The notes under the pieces are model-generated. The model had not been told where the DNA came from, did not search any database, and saw nothing but the letters and a program-made list of their open reading frames with translations. From Obrimoposthia wandeli (taxonomy: Eukaryota): DNA of 64,000 bases. The position numbers and the translations under genes were made by a program. This document shows positions 39,320 through 51,593 of this stretch, in pieces. Positions within the stretch are counted from its first letter, which is position 1, and each line of letters begins with the position of its first letter. The DNA lies in assembly GCA_977020255.1 (NCBI GenBank), contig CDROCS010001419.1, positions 372,001-436,000 of the forward strand, written 5' to 3'.

Positions 39320-41235
39320 CATTTAACTTTTCCCCTAGGTTACGGAGTAACAGAGAAGGATTAAAACGAGAGAATACATTGGAACATGTTGAAAGTAACA
39401 AGGAAATTAGAACATTGAAACGAATTAAGGGGTGTGGGTGTCGAAAGAAATTGTGCTTCAAATGTGAAGGCTTTTAAGGTTGAGAGGGTATTATGGGTGA
39501 GTCGGTTATAGGTTATTATGGTGGTTATCCTGTTCCACAGTAGTTGTTTTTGAGAGTTTATGTGGTTGTTTGGGTTGAATGAGAAGTGAGTTTTTTTAGT
39601 GGTTATTTTGATCCACGTTAATGGGTTTGAGGATTTTTAAGAGTTTACTGTTTTAGTTTTGTTTTTAAATGTTATGTGTTTTTTTTATTTTGTTGGTGGT
39701 GAGACTATTTCGACGTTACGGTTGCTAATTAGTGTCGGGTTTTGTTTTCTATTGATTAATTGTATTGTAGTTATTTTGTTTTATTATGGTGTATGGACCT
39801 TCGTATTTTGGTTCCAATTGTTTAGTGTTATGTAGTTTAATGTAAGCTTGTTTGTTTTTAAGAATGGATTTGTTCGTTTTAATGTAGTGTACACGTAGAT
39901 TGTGTTGAAGTGTTCGTTGTGCTGGACTTCTGTTGTCTTGTCTCTGTGGTGTTTTGCGTATTCCCATCATGACTATGTCTATATTTTCTGGTCAGTTTTG
40001 CGTTTTTTCGTAGCAATATATGCTTTCTTTAATGCGTCGGTGCATTCTTTCTATTTTCAGTTGGATTGTGGGTTATAAGTAGTGATAGTTGTATGTTTGA
40101 TGTTGTGTTTGTTGCAAAAGTCATTAAAGGTGTCATCTATGAATTGTCTGCCTTGGTCTGAGATTATTTTGGATGGGTATCCGTATACCGTAAACCAATG
40201 TTTGTTCATTTTTTAATTTTTGTTTAAGCAGATGTTTCTTTTATTGTGGTGGCTGTGCACCAACTTTTTGTTGTTGTCTTTCATTGTTAGTAAGTGTGAG
40301 TATTTGTTATGTAAAGGTAACGGACCTACTAAATCAATGTGAATTGTGTGAAAATGTGTATCGCATGTGATGTGTAGTTTTTGTGTTTAGCATGTTTTAG
40401 TGATTTATAAAGATTACATTCTATACATGATTTGACGTAATTCTGAATGTCTTTTCGCATGTTTTTCCAAATGTAATGTTGTCTAACAATATCGAATGTA
40501 GCTTTGATTCCTGTGTGATGAGTATTGTGGTAGTGTTTAATGCATTTCTGTCTACGTTCTTTTGGTAAATTAGTTCTGATCAGTCCTGGGGTTGTTATTT
40601 CGTACCATATTCCGTTTGAGTTTGAATGTTGGAAGATTTTGGCGAAGTTCGTTTATGTTTTGTTTATTTATTATTTCGTGTTTTTCGAAGAGTTGTTCTA
40701 TATTGTTGATTGTTTCAGATGGTCTCGATAATGTATCGACTGGATATGTTGGATGAAACTGGAATATAATTTATGGATGTATTGAATTGTGAAATGTAAT
40801 TGAGTTGTATCGACTGTCAAGGGGTAGGGTGTTTCATTGTGAGTGCATGTATGAGTGGCTTGTGATCGGTGAATGTGTTGAATGTTTTGTCAATTAGTAT
40901 GTTTTCGAAGTGTTTTATAGCTTGATGGATGACGAGAATTTCTCTGTCGACCATGGATTGTTTAATTTGCTGAATTTTCAGTTTTTGTGAGAAAATGATA
41001 ATGGGAATGTGTTGTTGTTTTTGCCGGTTAGGTTCATGACTGCTCCTTTTGCTGTGTTTGATGCGTATGTGGTTAAGGTGAATTTAATGTATGTCAACGG
41101 GTATGTTGGTGTTGTGGCTGTAAGATGTGCGTTTTTTGCGTTATCAAAATGTTTCATTTGTTGTGGGTCTAATTTAATTTCCGCTGTTTTGTGTTTATTT
41201 TGGAAAATTTGATTAATATGTATAATTTGTAACAT
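39320..41235 (-). mobile_element. Second Ty3/Gypsy fragment (RNase H and integrase, CsRn1-like), decayed
   Basis: FTLTTYASNTA.GAV, IFTDHKPL, IDLVGPLP, WFTVYGYPSKIISDQGRQF, YNPQSN..IERMHRR; PPT-like aggggaaaag next to TGTCG at about 39321. Confidence 0.82.
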
Positions 41236-41249
41236 ATAAGCTTTTATTC

Positions 41250-42290
41250 AAATAGTTTTCCACTATCGCTATCACCTTTATCATTGAAAGATTCAAAATC
41301 TATATATATATTGATAAGGCTACCATATTTTTAAAATGAAATTTATTAAATTTTAAATATTCTTTATTATGGTAACTATTTATAATTGCTTCAGAATCTT
41401 TACATTGTCCAAGATGATTATCTTAACATGTTGACTACTAAATTATGTAAAACATCTTAAACAGGGGAAAGATATATGATCCCTAGAATGTTTACGACAC
41501 TTACTGACCAATTTCCCTATTATTATAATATAAAAGATTACAACCTTAATGTTCATAATGCTCAATCATCAATTTCATAAAGGTTTACTTTTACCATGTT
41601 TTGTTTGTTAAACCTTTTGATTTAATTTAATTTTAGTTTAAAAATCTATACCTTCTCAATTTAAATCATTTTTATATTTTAATTTCTTATAATCTGATAA
41701 TTTATCATAATGATCTGCATCAGGATGAAGATAGGCAATTGTATACTATCCAAAACAATAAGCATCTTATTTATTTCTTGATATTTATTTAGATTTAGAA
41801 AGAAAAAGGTATATATGTTCCACCCAATTGAGATTTATATTGAAGAACTTTTAAAGTTATAGATTTAACTTCTATTAATACTAAACAACTTCCAAAACCT
41901 TTAAACTCTTGTTGTTGAATGTTTAGTTTACTTTGGATATTTATAACATCTTTATCTATGCTTTGATTACGACAAACTGTTGCATTTGACACAAACTCTT
42001 TTAAAATATTTACAAATATTCTAATATGATGTTTGAAAGGTTTTCTTATTGTTTAACTTATAATAACTGTCCGTTAGATTAAAAAAGATAGAGCTGTAAA
42101 ATTTTTCGGGTACTGATTTTGTATTAGGTTTAAAAGTTGTGATAAATCTATTCAGTACATTACTTTTAAAACCGTTTTCTAACTTCTAAATTATTATTAT
42201 ATATTGCATCACTTTATTCTTTGTACGGTTTGTATCTTGATAATCTTTATATTCTTCAACTACTTGTTAAATATCCTCATTATCTAAATT
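41250..42290 (-). mobile_element. Polinton pPolB relic, upstream part
   Basis: QEFKGFGSCL..I..LKVLQYKSQLGGTYIP and FPCLRCFT.FSSQH..NHLGQC motifs typical of the pPolB N-terminus. Confidence 0.65.
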
Positions 42291-45289
42291 CTTTAAATGT
42301 GTTTTAGATTTTATGACTTTTATAAGCTGTTAAAGTTTGAAAACTTTATTACAAACATCACAATAAAAATGGGTTTGGTATTGGTTTGTTATCTTTTTAA
42401 AAAAAAGGTTTACAGATTTTTAAAAATTGCAAAATTGGAAAAAATTGGGCAATCCCAAGGATTTATTTGTCAGTTTTTTTCTTCTTAATTTTAGTGAAAT
42501 TTCCAAAATGAACAAAGAAAAATGTTGCAACAGGTTGTAAATATGCAAGTAATGGGAATATATATAGGTCAGAGCACCACCCGATTGAGGAGAGAAAACG
42601 ACGATGGTCATCTGTTATCCATATTCCTATTACTAATATTGTTTTATGCACATTTCTTAGTTGTGTTATTGAGAAAACTTACTAACCCCGTGACCCGTTG
42701 TAAAATTCCCGGCTGTGGCAAACTCATTTAAAATCAATATCAAAAGTAATTGTGTAATTCAGTAAAATTTATGTGGACGTATAAATAATACAATGATGCT
42801 CAATCCAACTTTACCTCATCGATTCCAAATCTTTAAGAAATTTCATCCCTACAATCTGGATTCCATAAAGGATCAACAACTATATCATATCTCAGAATTA
42901 AAATTTTCTAAAGTTCTCATACTATTTAGATAATATGCAATTGCCCATTTTGTTTATATGTCTCCTTTTGGAGTGATATACAAAGGAGAAAACGACCAGG
43001 ACATAGAAGCTCGATAGACGATGGCCAACCAGCTTAAATGAATATAACAAAGCTTAGCTTGTATTTAATTTGTAAATAACAGCGGCGTGGTATTGTATAA
43101 TTATGAAATTGCACGTTCTGTTTGAATGTGTGATTTTAATGCATTATACAGTTTCAAATTCAATATATATATTCGTCTTCTTCCATTCCATATCTTATAA
43201 CTTCAATATATTAATGGCTTTCTTGTAAGAGTGATATGAGGATTTCATTAACCAGCAAATGTACAATATTTAAAATCAAATTTCAGAACAAATGCGGGAA
43301 CAGTGCGCCAGTTTTGATGTTCATTAGTCTAATTTTGTCTGTCAGCCATTAGTCTGACATCCTGATCATTAGGGTCCCCCTTGTCTTGTAGCTGAGCGGG
43401 AGCGTATGCATTCTACATACCATATATATATTTTGTCTATCTCAAAAATCACGGAATCTGTGAAGGAACTGAAACTCAATTTCTGTTTTTTATTTACGAA
43501 AGATTTTTTGTGTTCAAATGGTTAATTTGAATGTTTCCGACACATCTATTCAATTTAAAAAACCTTAAATGTATCGTAAAATGTTTGCCCTGCTTTGTCA
43601 AAAATATGCTCTAAAATCTAGCCCATAAACCGCGGTTAAAATTTAAAATGAAATTAATCGGTACAATGTCTAACAATTAATTCAAATATTTTTTTGTTAC
43701 TTTGAAACACTTTCAAATTTTTAATAATGATTTAAAATGTTGCAAATAAGTTCTATTATTCTTAAGAACTACAGTGTATTTTTTATTTATCAATATGGAC
43801 TTTTTTGTAACTATATTTGAAATAACTTCTCATAGTACATCAAACCCTAATTCTACATGTTTGTGTAAGACTATTTTAACCTCTGTCCAAAATGGAAATT
43901 TAAACACAATAATATAATCTATAGCTATCATTTCTTAAAATTACCTCAGCAAATTAACTTTTAAAACAATATTATAATGTATTTAATTCTTTTATTCGAG
44001 TTTATTTATAATTTAATCACAATGTTACATTTTAAAAATCCCAAAAAGGAGCTCGATTGTGAAAATTATTTTAAAACATTATCAATTCAACAATAGATAT
44101 TACAAGCATTCATTTTGTAAAGCAGTAAATAATGAATATCCTTTGTCAAAAAACATAACAATGGAAGCCAACTGTGAAAATTTTCTCCATTTTTCAACAT
44201 ATTCCTAATACGTTTTGTAACTGCTGGAAACTTTTCAACAGGCTTATCTTGTTCAGTCCAATAATATGCTGTTTCTTTGGCTGCAATAAAGAACGTTTTT
44301 ATTTTGTTATAGTTTTCTTATTTTTTTACACAATTAAAGCATAAGTAATAAATAAATGAAGAAATCATCTCTTAGTTTAATCGTATTTTTTAAAAAAATT
44401 ATACGAATCTCTATATCAATAAGTTTTCAAAGTTGTAACTTGATTCAAAATCTGTTTCTCAAATGAAACATATTTCAATAACCTCACATTTTTGAGATTT
44501 TTAAAATTTTATTTCTCTAAAAAAATTGGAAAGAAGATTTTTAAATAAACCAGTTTTTTTAAACATCCATCTGGAAATATGCATATTCAAAAATAACAAA
44601 ATGTTACAATTTTCAGCTACAATTTGCCATATATTTTATTGGAATACGTCGTATTTTTTGCGATAGAATGTTACAACAGTCAATATACAGGTGAAAATAC
44701 ACATAAAATTTCGTAAACAACTTTTAAATAATCTTTTTATAAGTTTGGGTTAAAACATTTTGTTATTTCTGTAATCTTATCTTTCGTTTAAGTCATTTTA
44801 AAAATCTGATATAAATTACGTTATAAAGATAATAAAAACAATGACGTATTATTAAAACGTATTTTATTGATCTAGAACGAAATTTAAACTCGTAACCATT
44901 ATCTTCATCAACTTCGACATTCTTCTGTTGAATCTTCTTTTTTTTAATTTTCATTCATTCCCTTAGTTGCAGCAGTATGTTGTTGTCTTCTTGCTCTCAC
45001 TGATGATCCGAATAATTTTAAATTGTTTTTCCTTGCTTTTGGTTTTGTGGCTAGGGCTGTATTATTTATCATATTTTATATGTCGATTTTTCATATTTTA
45101 TCATATACGTTACTAAATATTAAAATGTTTTCCTTTAAATCATCGTAACTACTCAATCTAAATTTTTTATTTTTTGTGTCTGATAATTTGTAGTGGATTT
45201 GGAAATACTTTTCTAAAATGAGGACGAATCAGAAAAATGTGGTCTGCATCCTGAGGTAAATTTCTTGACAATATTTACAATACATGCAT

Positions 45290-45980
45290 ACATTTCGTTT
45301 ACAGAAAGTAATGAAACCCCCATTTATCATTTATGCAAAAGCCAACCTCTTCATATCATGGCGTATCCGGAAGAAATTGTTGCCATTAAGTTCCTCAATA
45401 AGAACTGAAAACATAACTAAAATTATTGTGAACTGTGTTACAGGAGATTTTCAGTCATTGTCATTCACCGATGGAATGGGAATTCAAAACCTACTACTAT
45501 TTGTGGAATCAAATTATCATTAACCTTGTCACAAAACTGTTCTAACAAATTTGAAGTTGGAATAAGAAAAAAATGCAAACAATTTCCGATTTAATATAAT
45601 CAAAGACTATGATCGTATCTCAATGGAGTACTACATTGATGATGATTGGGAGCAAAAATCTGTTAACATTGACTCTCATTCCGTAGAATAAAGTTACACA
45701 GACGAAGCATTCCCAAAGACACAGGATATGAGCTGCTTTTGCTGAACTCACGACACCGTGGTCAGCAGGAAAAAAACACTAAGTTTGACAATTAGAATGA
45801 AACACAGTATTGTACGTATGGCTTATTTACTCCAGAACGTTATTCGTGACTTGCTTGAAAACAGGACTGCTCAAGTCAGTGAAATTTTCAGTAGAATATT
45901 CAACATTACAGTTTTGGTAAGATGATCTGAAACATTGCTGAGCATATTTCGAAAAAAATCGAGACAAACGACTACCTTAT
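45290..45980 (+). mobile_element. hAT (Ac/ZBED-like) transposase relic
   Basis: ITKIIVNCVTGDFQSLSFTDGMGIQNLLLFVESNY and YYIDDDWEQKSV...AYLLQNVIRD align by eye to hAT transposase blocks; many stops. Confidence 0.65.
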
Positions 45981-48309
45981 ATGAACTAGCGACAGCTACA
46001 AATTTTCAAATATTATACAATTGAATTTCACATACATTATGCCTGAAACATTTAATAGTTTACATACAGAGATTGACTTTATAATGAAAACAAATATATG
46101 GCTTAGTTCAAACAAAAAAATACGGCTTGATTTTTCATTTATTCATTTAAGCTTTATACGTGAGATAATCTAAATATTAAGACCTCTAACTGGACACCAA
46201 GCATAAAGAAGAAAAGAATGTATCTACCTCATCTGTTAATCCTATCATCTTCGCAATGCTTGAAAATTTCAAAAAGTAGAAGATTACACATCCGAACTTT
46301 GGCAAACTAATGAAATAACTTACAGAAAATATGGAATTTCGATTAAATGTAATCGAAGAAACTGTCCTTAAGTTGAAACCCCCTCAATTTTTGGAAGGAT
46401 TATTGTAATACTTATCATCAATTTGCTGAAAGTCTGACGACTTCTTTTCTTCATTCAACAACACAAATTAGCACAAGAGAATGCATATGTATAAAAAGGA
46501 AACAGCTACTGCATTTGTTTTTTTACATCACAATAATGATTTTTAAGTAATTTTGTTTCTAAATATGCTGCTTTTGTTATCTAAAAATAAGGGCTCATTT
46601 CTGTAAGCATATTTCACAGGCGTAGCCTCATGTATTCCTTGGATATTTATACATACATTGAAAAAGTAAACGTCTAGCATGTTAAATTTTTTTAACTACA
46701 CCAATCCCTATTCGTAGCAATACTGTGTAAGGTAACATAAAGGATTTCAGAAATGTAATTGTTTATATTTAAGACTTTATTGAACATAAAATTTTAATTT
46801 TTGAGCTATCAGTTTTTCAGCATTATTATTTCAATAGATTGTAAATTATGTCAGGATATTAAAACGGTTCTTTTTAGGACTGAATCTAATAGTTTTATGT
46901 AAAACAGTAAAATTAATTTTTTTTTATAATAATTTTTTTTGTCTAAAAATATTATAAAATTCCATAAACATATTCCTAGCCCCAAGGCATTGGGACCGGA
47001 ATCGTAGCTACAGCCATAACACTGTTGCAAATATCTCCGACTCAGGCTCAAGATTATTTGTCATTTAATTTTTAAAACTTTGCTGACTTTTTTGATAATT
47101 TCTTTATTAAAGTATTATTTTGTGTCATAATAGTACATAAAATATATTACCCAACGTTTTTGAATAAAAACTAATCTACAGATGGTGCCATGTAAATCAT
47201 GTAGGCTTAAACGGTATAAAGCGTTTCAGGGAAAATATCCTTGGCAATTCTTCCCATTCCTTCATTGCAGGTTGATAAATTGGTAGTTTATTTGAAGGCG
47301 ATCAGTTACTTCGAAATTGTCTATTCAACATGGTTATAAACTGCAATGTTTCAATTAACAAATATTTCACCTAATTAGAGTATTATGATTTAAAAACGAC
47401 TTTAATAAGAAGAACTAAAATTACTATCTAAAGAGAAGTTTCAAAATTCTATGCCTTTGAACAATTGAGAATAGAACAATAGATCTGTGAATGAACCCAC
47501 GCCTTTGAGTTACGTAAGGGTTTTGTGTCCTTCGGAATTTTCGTTACATTAACCCTGTGTATGTCTAGAATTTTTATTCAAGACTGCCACAAGTTTATTT
47601 TCTACTCCTTTCCCAATTTCAAACAATTGATAATGATAAATATTTCAAAGACTCTCAATCGACCATAATTCTGCAATCACTTTTCCGACAGCTAAAATAG
47701 CTACAAATCGATACTTATTATCAGGAAATATGTAGGAAGTTGATTGTCACGAAAAAAAAACACATTGTAAATATAGAGATGAATAACGAAAAACAAGTTT
47801 ATATTTATTATAAATGAATTTTGCTTTTGACATTTATATAATGTTTGTTTGAGGCTTGATTTACTAAACTCTGGTCTACAGATAATTTTCAATATTTTCG
47901 AGCAGTAATTTGGATTCTATCTCATAATAAACATACCAACTCTTTGCATTGCACGACTTTTTTCAATGATCAAAAAAGTTTCTTTGTAACCATATTTGAT
48001 TACATAAAATCTTGGGCAAGTCAATTTTTTTGTTCAACATGAAAATGTTTTTTGTGGCCGTCATTTACATTAAGTCCTATACCGACTGTCAATTCAGTTG
48101 ATACAGAGTATTCATTGGGGCATATACATCTAATCAAAGTCGATATTGCCGATAGCAATATGCTTAGTGCCGCTGACTCGTAAGTTTGTACTTTTTATGT
48201 GTTTTTTTAATAATTTTAGAATAAAATTGGATTATTATACATGAATAAGACAATAAAAGGTGATTATTTTATCAAAATTATATTAAAATGAACTCAGGTA
48301 CCAAAAATG

Positions 48310-48516
48310 TCATATTTGAATTGTATTGTGAGATCCGAGAAATTGAACCATATCTATCAGTGTCGTGTATGGATTTTGATCCCACTTCTCCAATAACAAA
48401 TTCACCGCCGTTTTTTGATTTTGATACTCCCTGCTGATATTATTAGTTTGATTATATCCGCAAACAATTGCCCTGACTGTGTGCGCTCCTTTATAAAAAG
48501 AAGGCGCCAGTCTCAT
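48310..48516 (-). mobile_element. Possible MULE transposase C-terminal relic
   Basis: REYQNQKTAVNLLLEKWDQNPYTTLIDMVQFLGSHN resembles MULE C-terminal tails; weak. Confidence 0.35.
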
Positions 48517-49980
48517 GCTTCAATCAAGGCCTCTTTGAGCTCAGAGGATATTATAAATTATGAAGAAAACTACATTTTCCTATGATTTTCTCTGAAAAAC
48601 GACTAACACCGGAGTTACATCAGTCCTAAAGTTTTTTAAAATATAATATTATAAACCATAATCTCCGAATGTTCATAAAACATTTAATAGTTCTTAAACT
48701 ACCATCCTTTCATCGTTAGAGGTATATTTTCTATGTATTTTAATCAAAAAAGCTGCACTTATGACTTTTTACGGCACTATTCAATTTTTTAACACACCCT
48801 ATAGTAAAAAATCACAAACAACTTTTTTATTTTGCCCTGTAGGTGTGTGACTGCATGCATTCTATAGTAAGTAATTATTCAGTTTTTACGGCAAAATTCA
48901 TTTTGGATAGATGCTGTTTTTTATCGGTAAGTTTTACTATGTATTATTATTAATCTTATCTTATACTATAGGATTGTGTGCCGACTTTTTACAACGGCAC
49001 TAATCAGTTAGATTAGGTGTATTTGTATGTCTAATCATGCCGTTAATCTTTAGTGAAATTCGATGTTCACATATAAGAAATAAAACAATCAATCCAAATG
49101 GTACACTGTAAAAAACTGTATTTTATAAAGATTATGAGTGTCTAGATCTATTTTTATGCTGATTATATAAAACCACTCTTGAATTTGTATCACATCTATT
49201 TTTCTCGCAAAATGCACATAAGCTATTTGTACAATACTGTTAGGATTAGGATTTGATAAATTTTAAATAATTAATCTAATTTATATCAAAATAAAATCCG
49301 TGAAAGTAAGGTTATAAATTAAATAAAAAATTATATTGTTAAAATAAATCGATGAGAGTAAAAGGCAAATTAAATATTTAGGACCTTGAAAGGTCATGTT
49401 CAATGTGTTGTATATAAGGAAGTTAAAGTTAAATTAAAAAGGACCAAAAAATTAATTAAGAAATAGAAGAAGAACAAGAATTAAGGTAATATTAGCAATT
49501 GACTGAATTATTCAACAAGAATTAAGGTCAAACGTCAGAAATCTCGCGACGCAGCAGCAACAGTGAATCATCGTGAGTCACCCAGGAAGTAAGGTGATAA
49601 TAGAAATTGATTGAATTATTCATCACACAATTAAGGTCAACTGTCAGAAATCTCTGCCCATCGTGAATCACCAGCCGACAAGAGGATTATTGCTCGCGGA
49701 CACACAGTCGCTTATCTCGGTCGAGAGTGGAATTTAGCAGACACACACAAGAAAATAGAAGCAACAGCTGTTTCGTGGGGTGAGTGTCGATTAGTAATCA
49801 GATCGATTAATCATTGCCTTGCAGGACCGTAAGAAGAGAAGGAAGGAAATTCGAGTGACAGCGACACACCACGAGAAATTTAGACTATATAAGTCTAAAT
49901 TATTATTAAATTTGGCAGTAGCAGTTATTATTTTGCCGAAAGTTGGAATCAGAAAGACTCGTGATTAAATCCGAGCGGAA

Positions 49981-50197
49981 ATTTGTTAAGGAAAATCTCG
50001 GCGATAGATTCCGAGTACCCAAATCAAGAGCGACAATTTGTTAAAGTAAGTCTTGGCGATATATTCCGAGCAACAAAATCAAGAGCGACAATTTGTTAAA
50101 GAAAGTCTCGGCGATAGATTCCGAGCACCCCAATCAAGAGCGACAATTTGTTAAAGAAAAACTCGGCGATAGATTCCGAACAACCAGATCAAGAGAA
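49981..50197 (+). repeat. 55-bp tandem repeat (~4 copies) in solo LTR
   Basis: ATTTGTTAA recurs at 49981, 50036, 50091 and 50146; each unit holds a CTCGG-N9-CCGAG-like hairpin. Confidence 0.9.
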
Positions 50198-50394
50198 GCA
50201 AAAAGCGAAAATAAAGAAGAAGTACAACTAAAAACGAGGAGAGACCGTCAGAATCACCCAGAGCGAGAACCGTACAGTGCGATCACAGCACGCCAAGGGT
50301 ACCGAGTAAAGGATTCGACTGACATCTGAGGAGGCAATCTAGACCGGACGCCAGGTTATACGGAAGAGGTAAGGAACAAGCGCGGAGATAAAAG

Positions 50395-50720
50395 TAGAAC
50401 GTGATTTTAAATAAGTAATTGTGAAACCGATTTTGGAGAATTTATAACTTGATTTTAAATAAGTAATTTTGAAGCCGATTTTGGAGAATTGAGAATTTGA
50501 TTTAAATAGTAAAGTGAAAGACGATTTTGAGAATTTGATTTAAATAGTAAAGTGAAAGACGATTTTGAGAATTTGATTAAAATAGTAATTTGGAGACCGA
50601 TTTTGAGAATTTAGAGCTTGATTAAAATAGCAATTTGGAAGTCGATTTTGAGAGTTTTGAGTTGAGATAAATAGTAATTTGAGAACCGATTTTGAAAGTT
50701 TTGAGCCGTAATTTATAATT
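50395..50720 (+). repeat. Degenerate ~38-bp tandem repeat in solo LTR
   Basis: About 8 copies of gattttgagaattt..gattnaaatagtaa. Confidence 0.8.
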
Positions 50721-51335
50721 TGGATATCGTACAATTTGATAAACATATAAATTTGATATCGTAAAATTTGATATCATATACTTTGATTTGAAAGCCTCTA
50801 TAAATTAGAGCAAGTTTGTAATCGTTAAATTACTAGAAAGACTCTATAAATTAGAGCAAGTTTTGATTTTGTGCAATCACCAATATACTAGAAAGACTTT
50901 ATAAACCTTCAACCCTAAAATTAAAATCGATACGTGGATCAATCCCACTTGTGTAGAGACTTACAGAAGTCTTAGGAATTTTATTGTAACTTTTTAGAAA
51001 TACGTACTTAAACGTATTAATTCGTGTTAGTCTAGTGTGTTAATAAATAAACGATTTCCTACAACTAGAAAGCATCGTTCTAACCCCTTCAGATTAAGAC
51101 ACAACAAAAAACCTTCAGATAAGAATTGAGACAGGCAAGCATAACATTAAGTAGGCCACAACCAACCTTAAGTCCTGCGTCTATAGAACTCACGTTGGGG
51201 CCCTCCATTCAAGAGGATCTATATTAGAACACAGTTTCATATAGAAACCCCAACAATACTATATATTTTAAAATATACAAACATTTAAATTCATCAAATA
51301 TTTTCTTTTTGATAATCTGTTAGAGTTTGATTGAG

Positions 51336-51593
51336 AAATATCTTGCCTTAAACTTCATGAGTGGTAAGAAAATAACATTAGAGGTCAAGTCAGATGAGTA
51401 AGTGGAGAGTATCTAAGCAAAAATTGAAGATAAGAAGTGTATTTCATCAGATAAACAAAGACTTAGTTTTGAAGGTAAAGTACAACAAGATAATCATATG
51501 CTGACTGAGAACGGAATAAAGAGAAGAAGCACCATCTACTTGGAATTACAATTAAAATGTGAAACAAAGGGGATGATCCAAGTAAATGAATAA
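51336..51593 (+). pseudogene. Diverged ubiquitin-like pseudogene
   Basis: MSGKKITLEVKSDE*VESI*AKIEDKKCISSDKQRLSFEGKVQQDNHMLTENGIKRRSTIYLELQL aligns with ubiquitin [36 protein letters not shown]; two stops; no terminal GG. Confidence 0.8.

Larger units (their letters stand above)
49238..51255 (+). mobile_element. Solo LTR (2018 bp) related to the LTR at 55944-57942
   Basis: TGTTA...CAACA ends, 4-bp TSD ATAC, TATA (ctatataag about 49885), AATAAA about 51042. The first ~100 bp and last ~330 bp are homologous to the minus-strand LTR at 55944-57942. Confidence 0.85.

Noticed and set aside
50093-50329. 78-aa ORF in the solo LTR
   Set aside because: It derives from the 55-bp tandem repeat.
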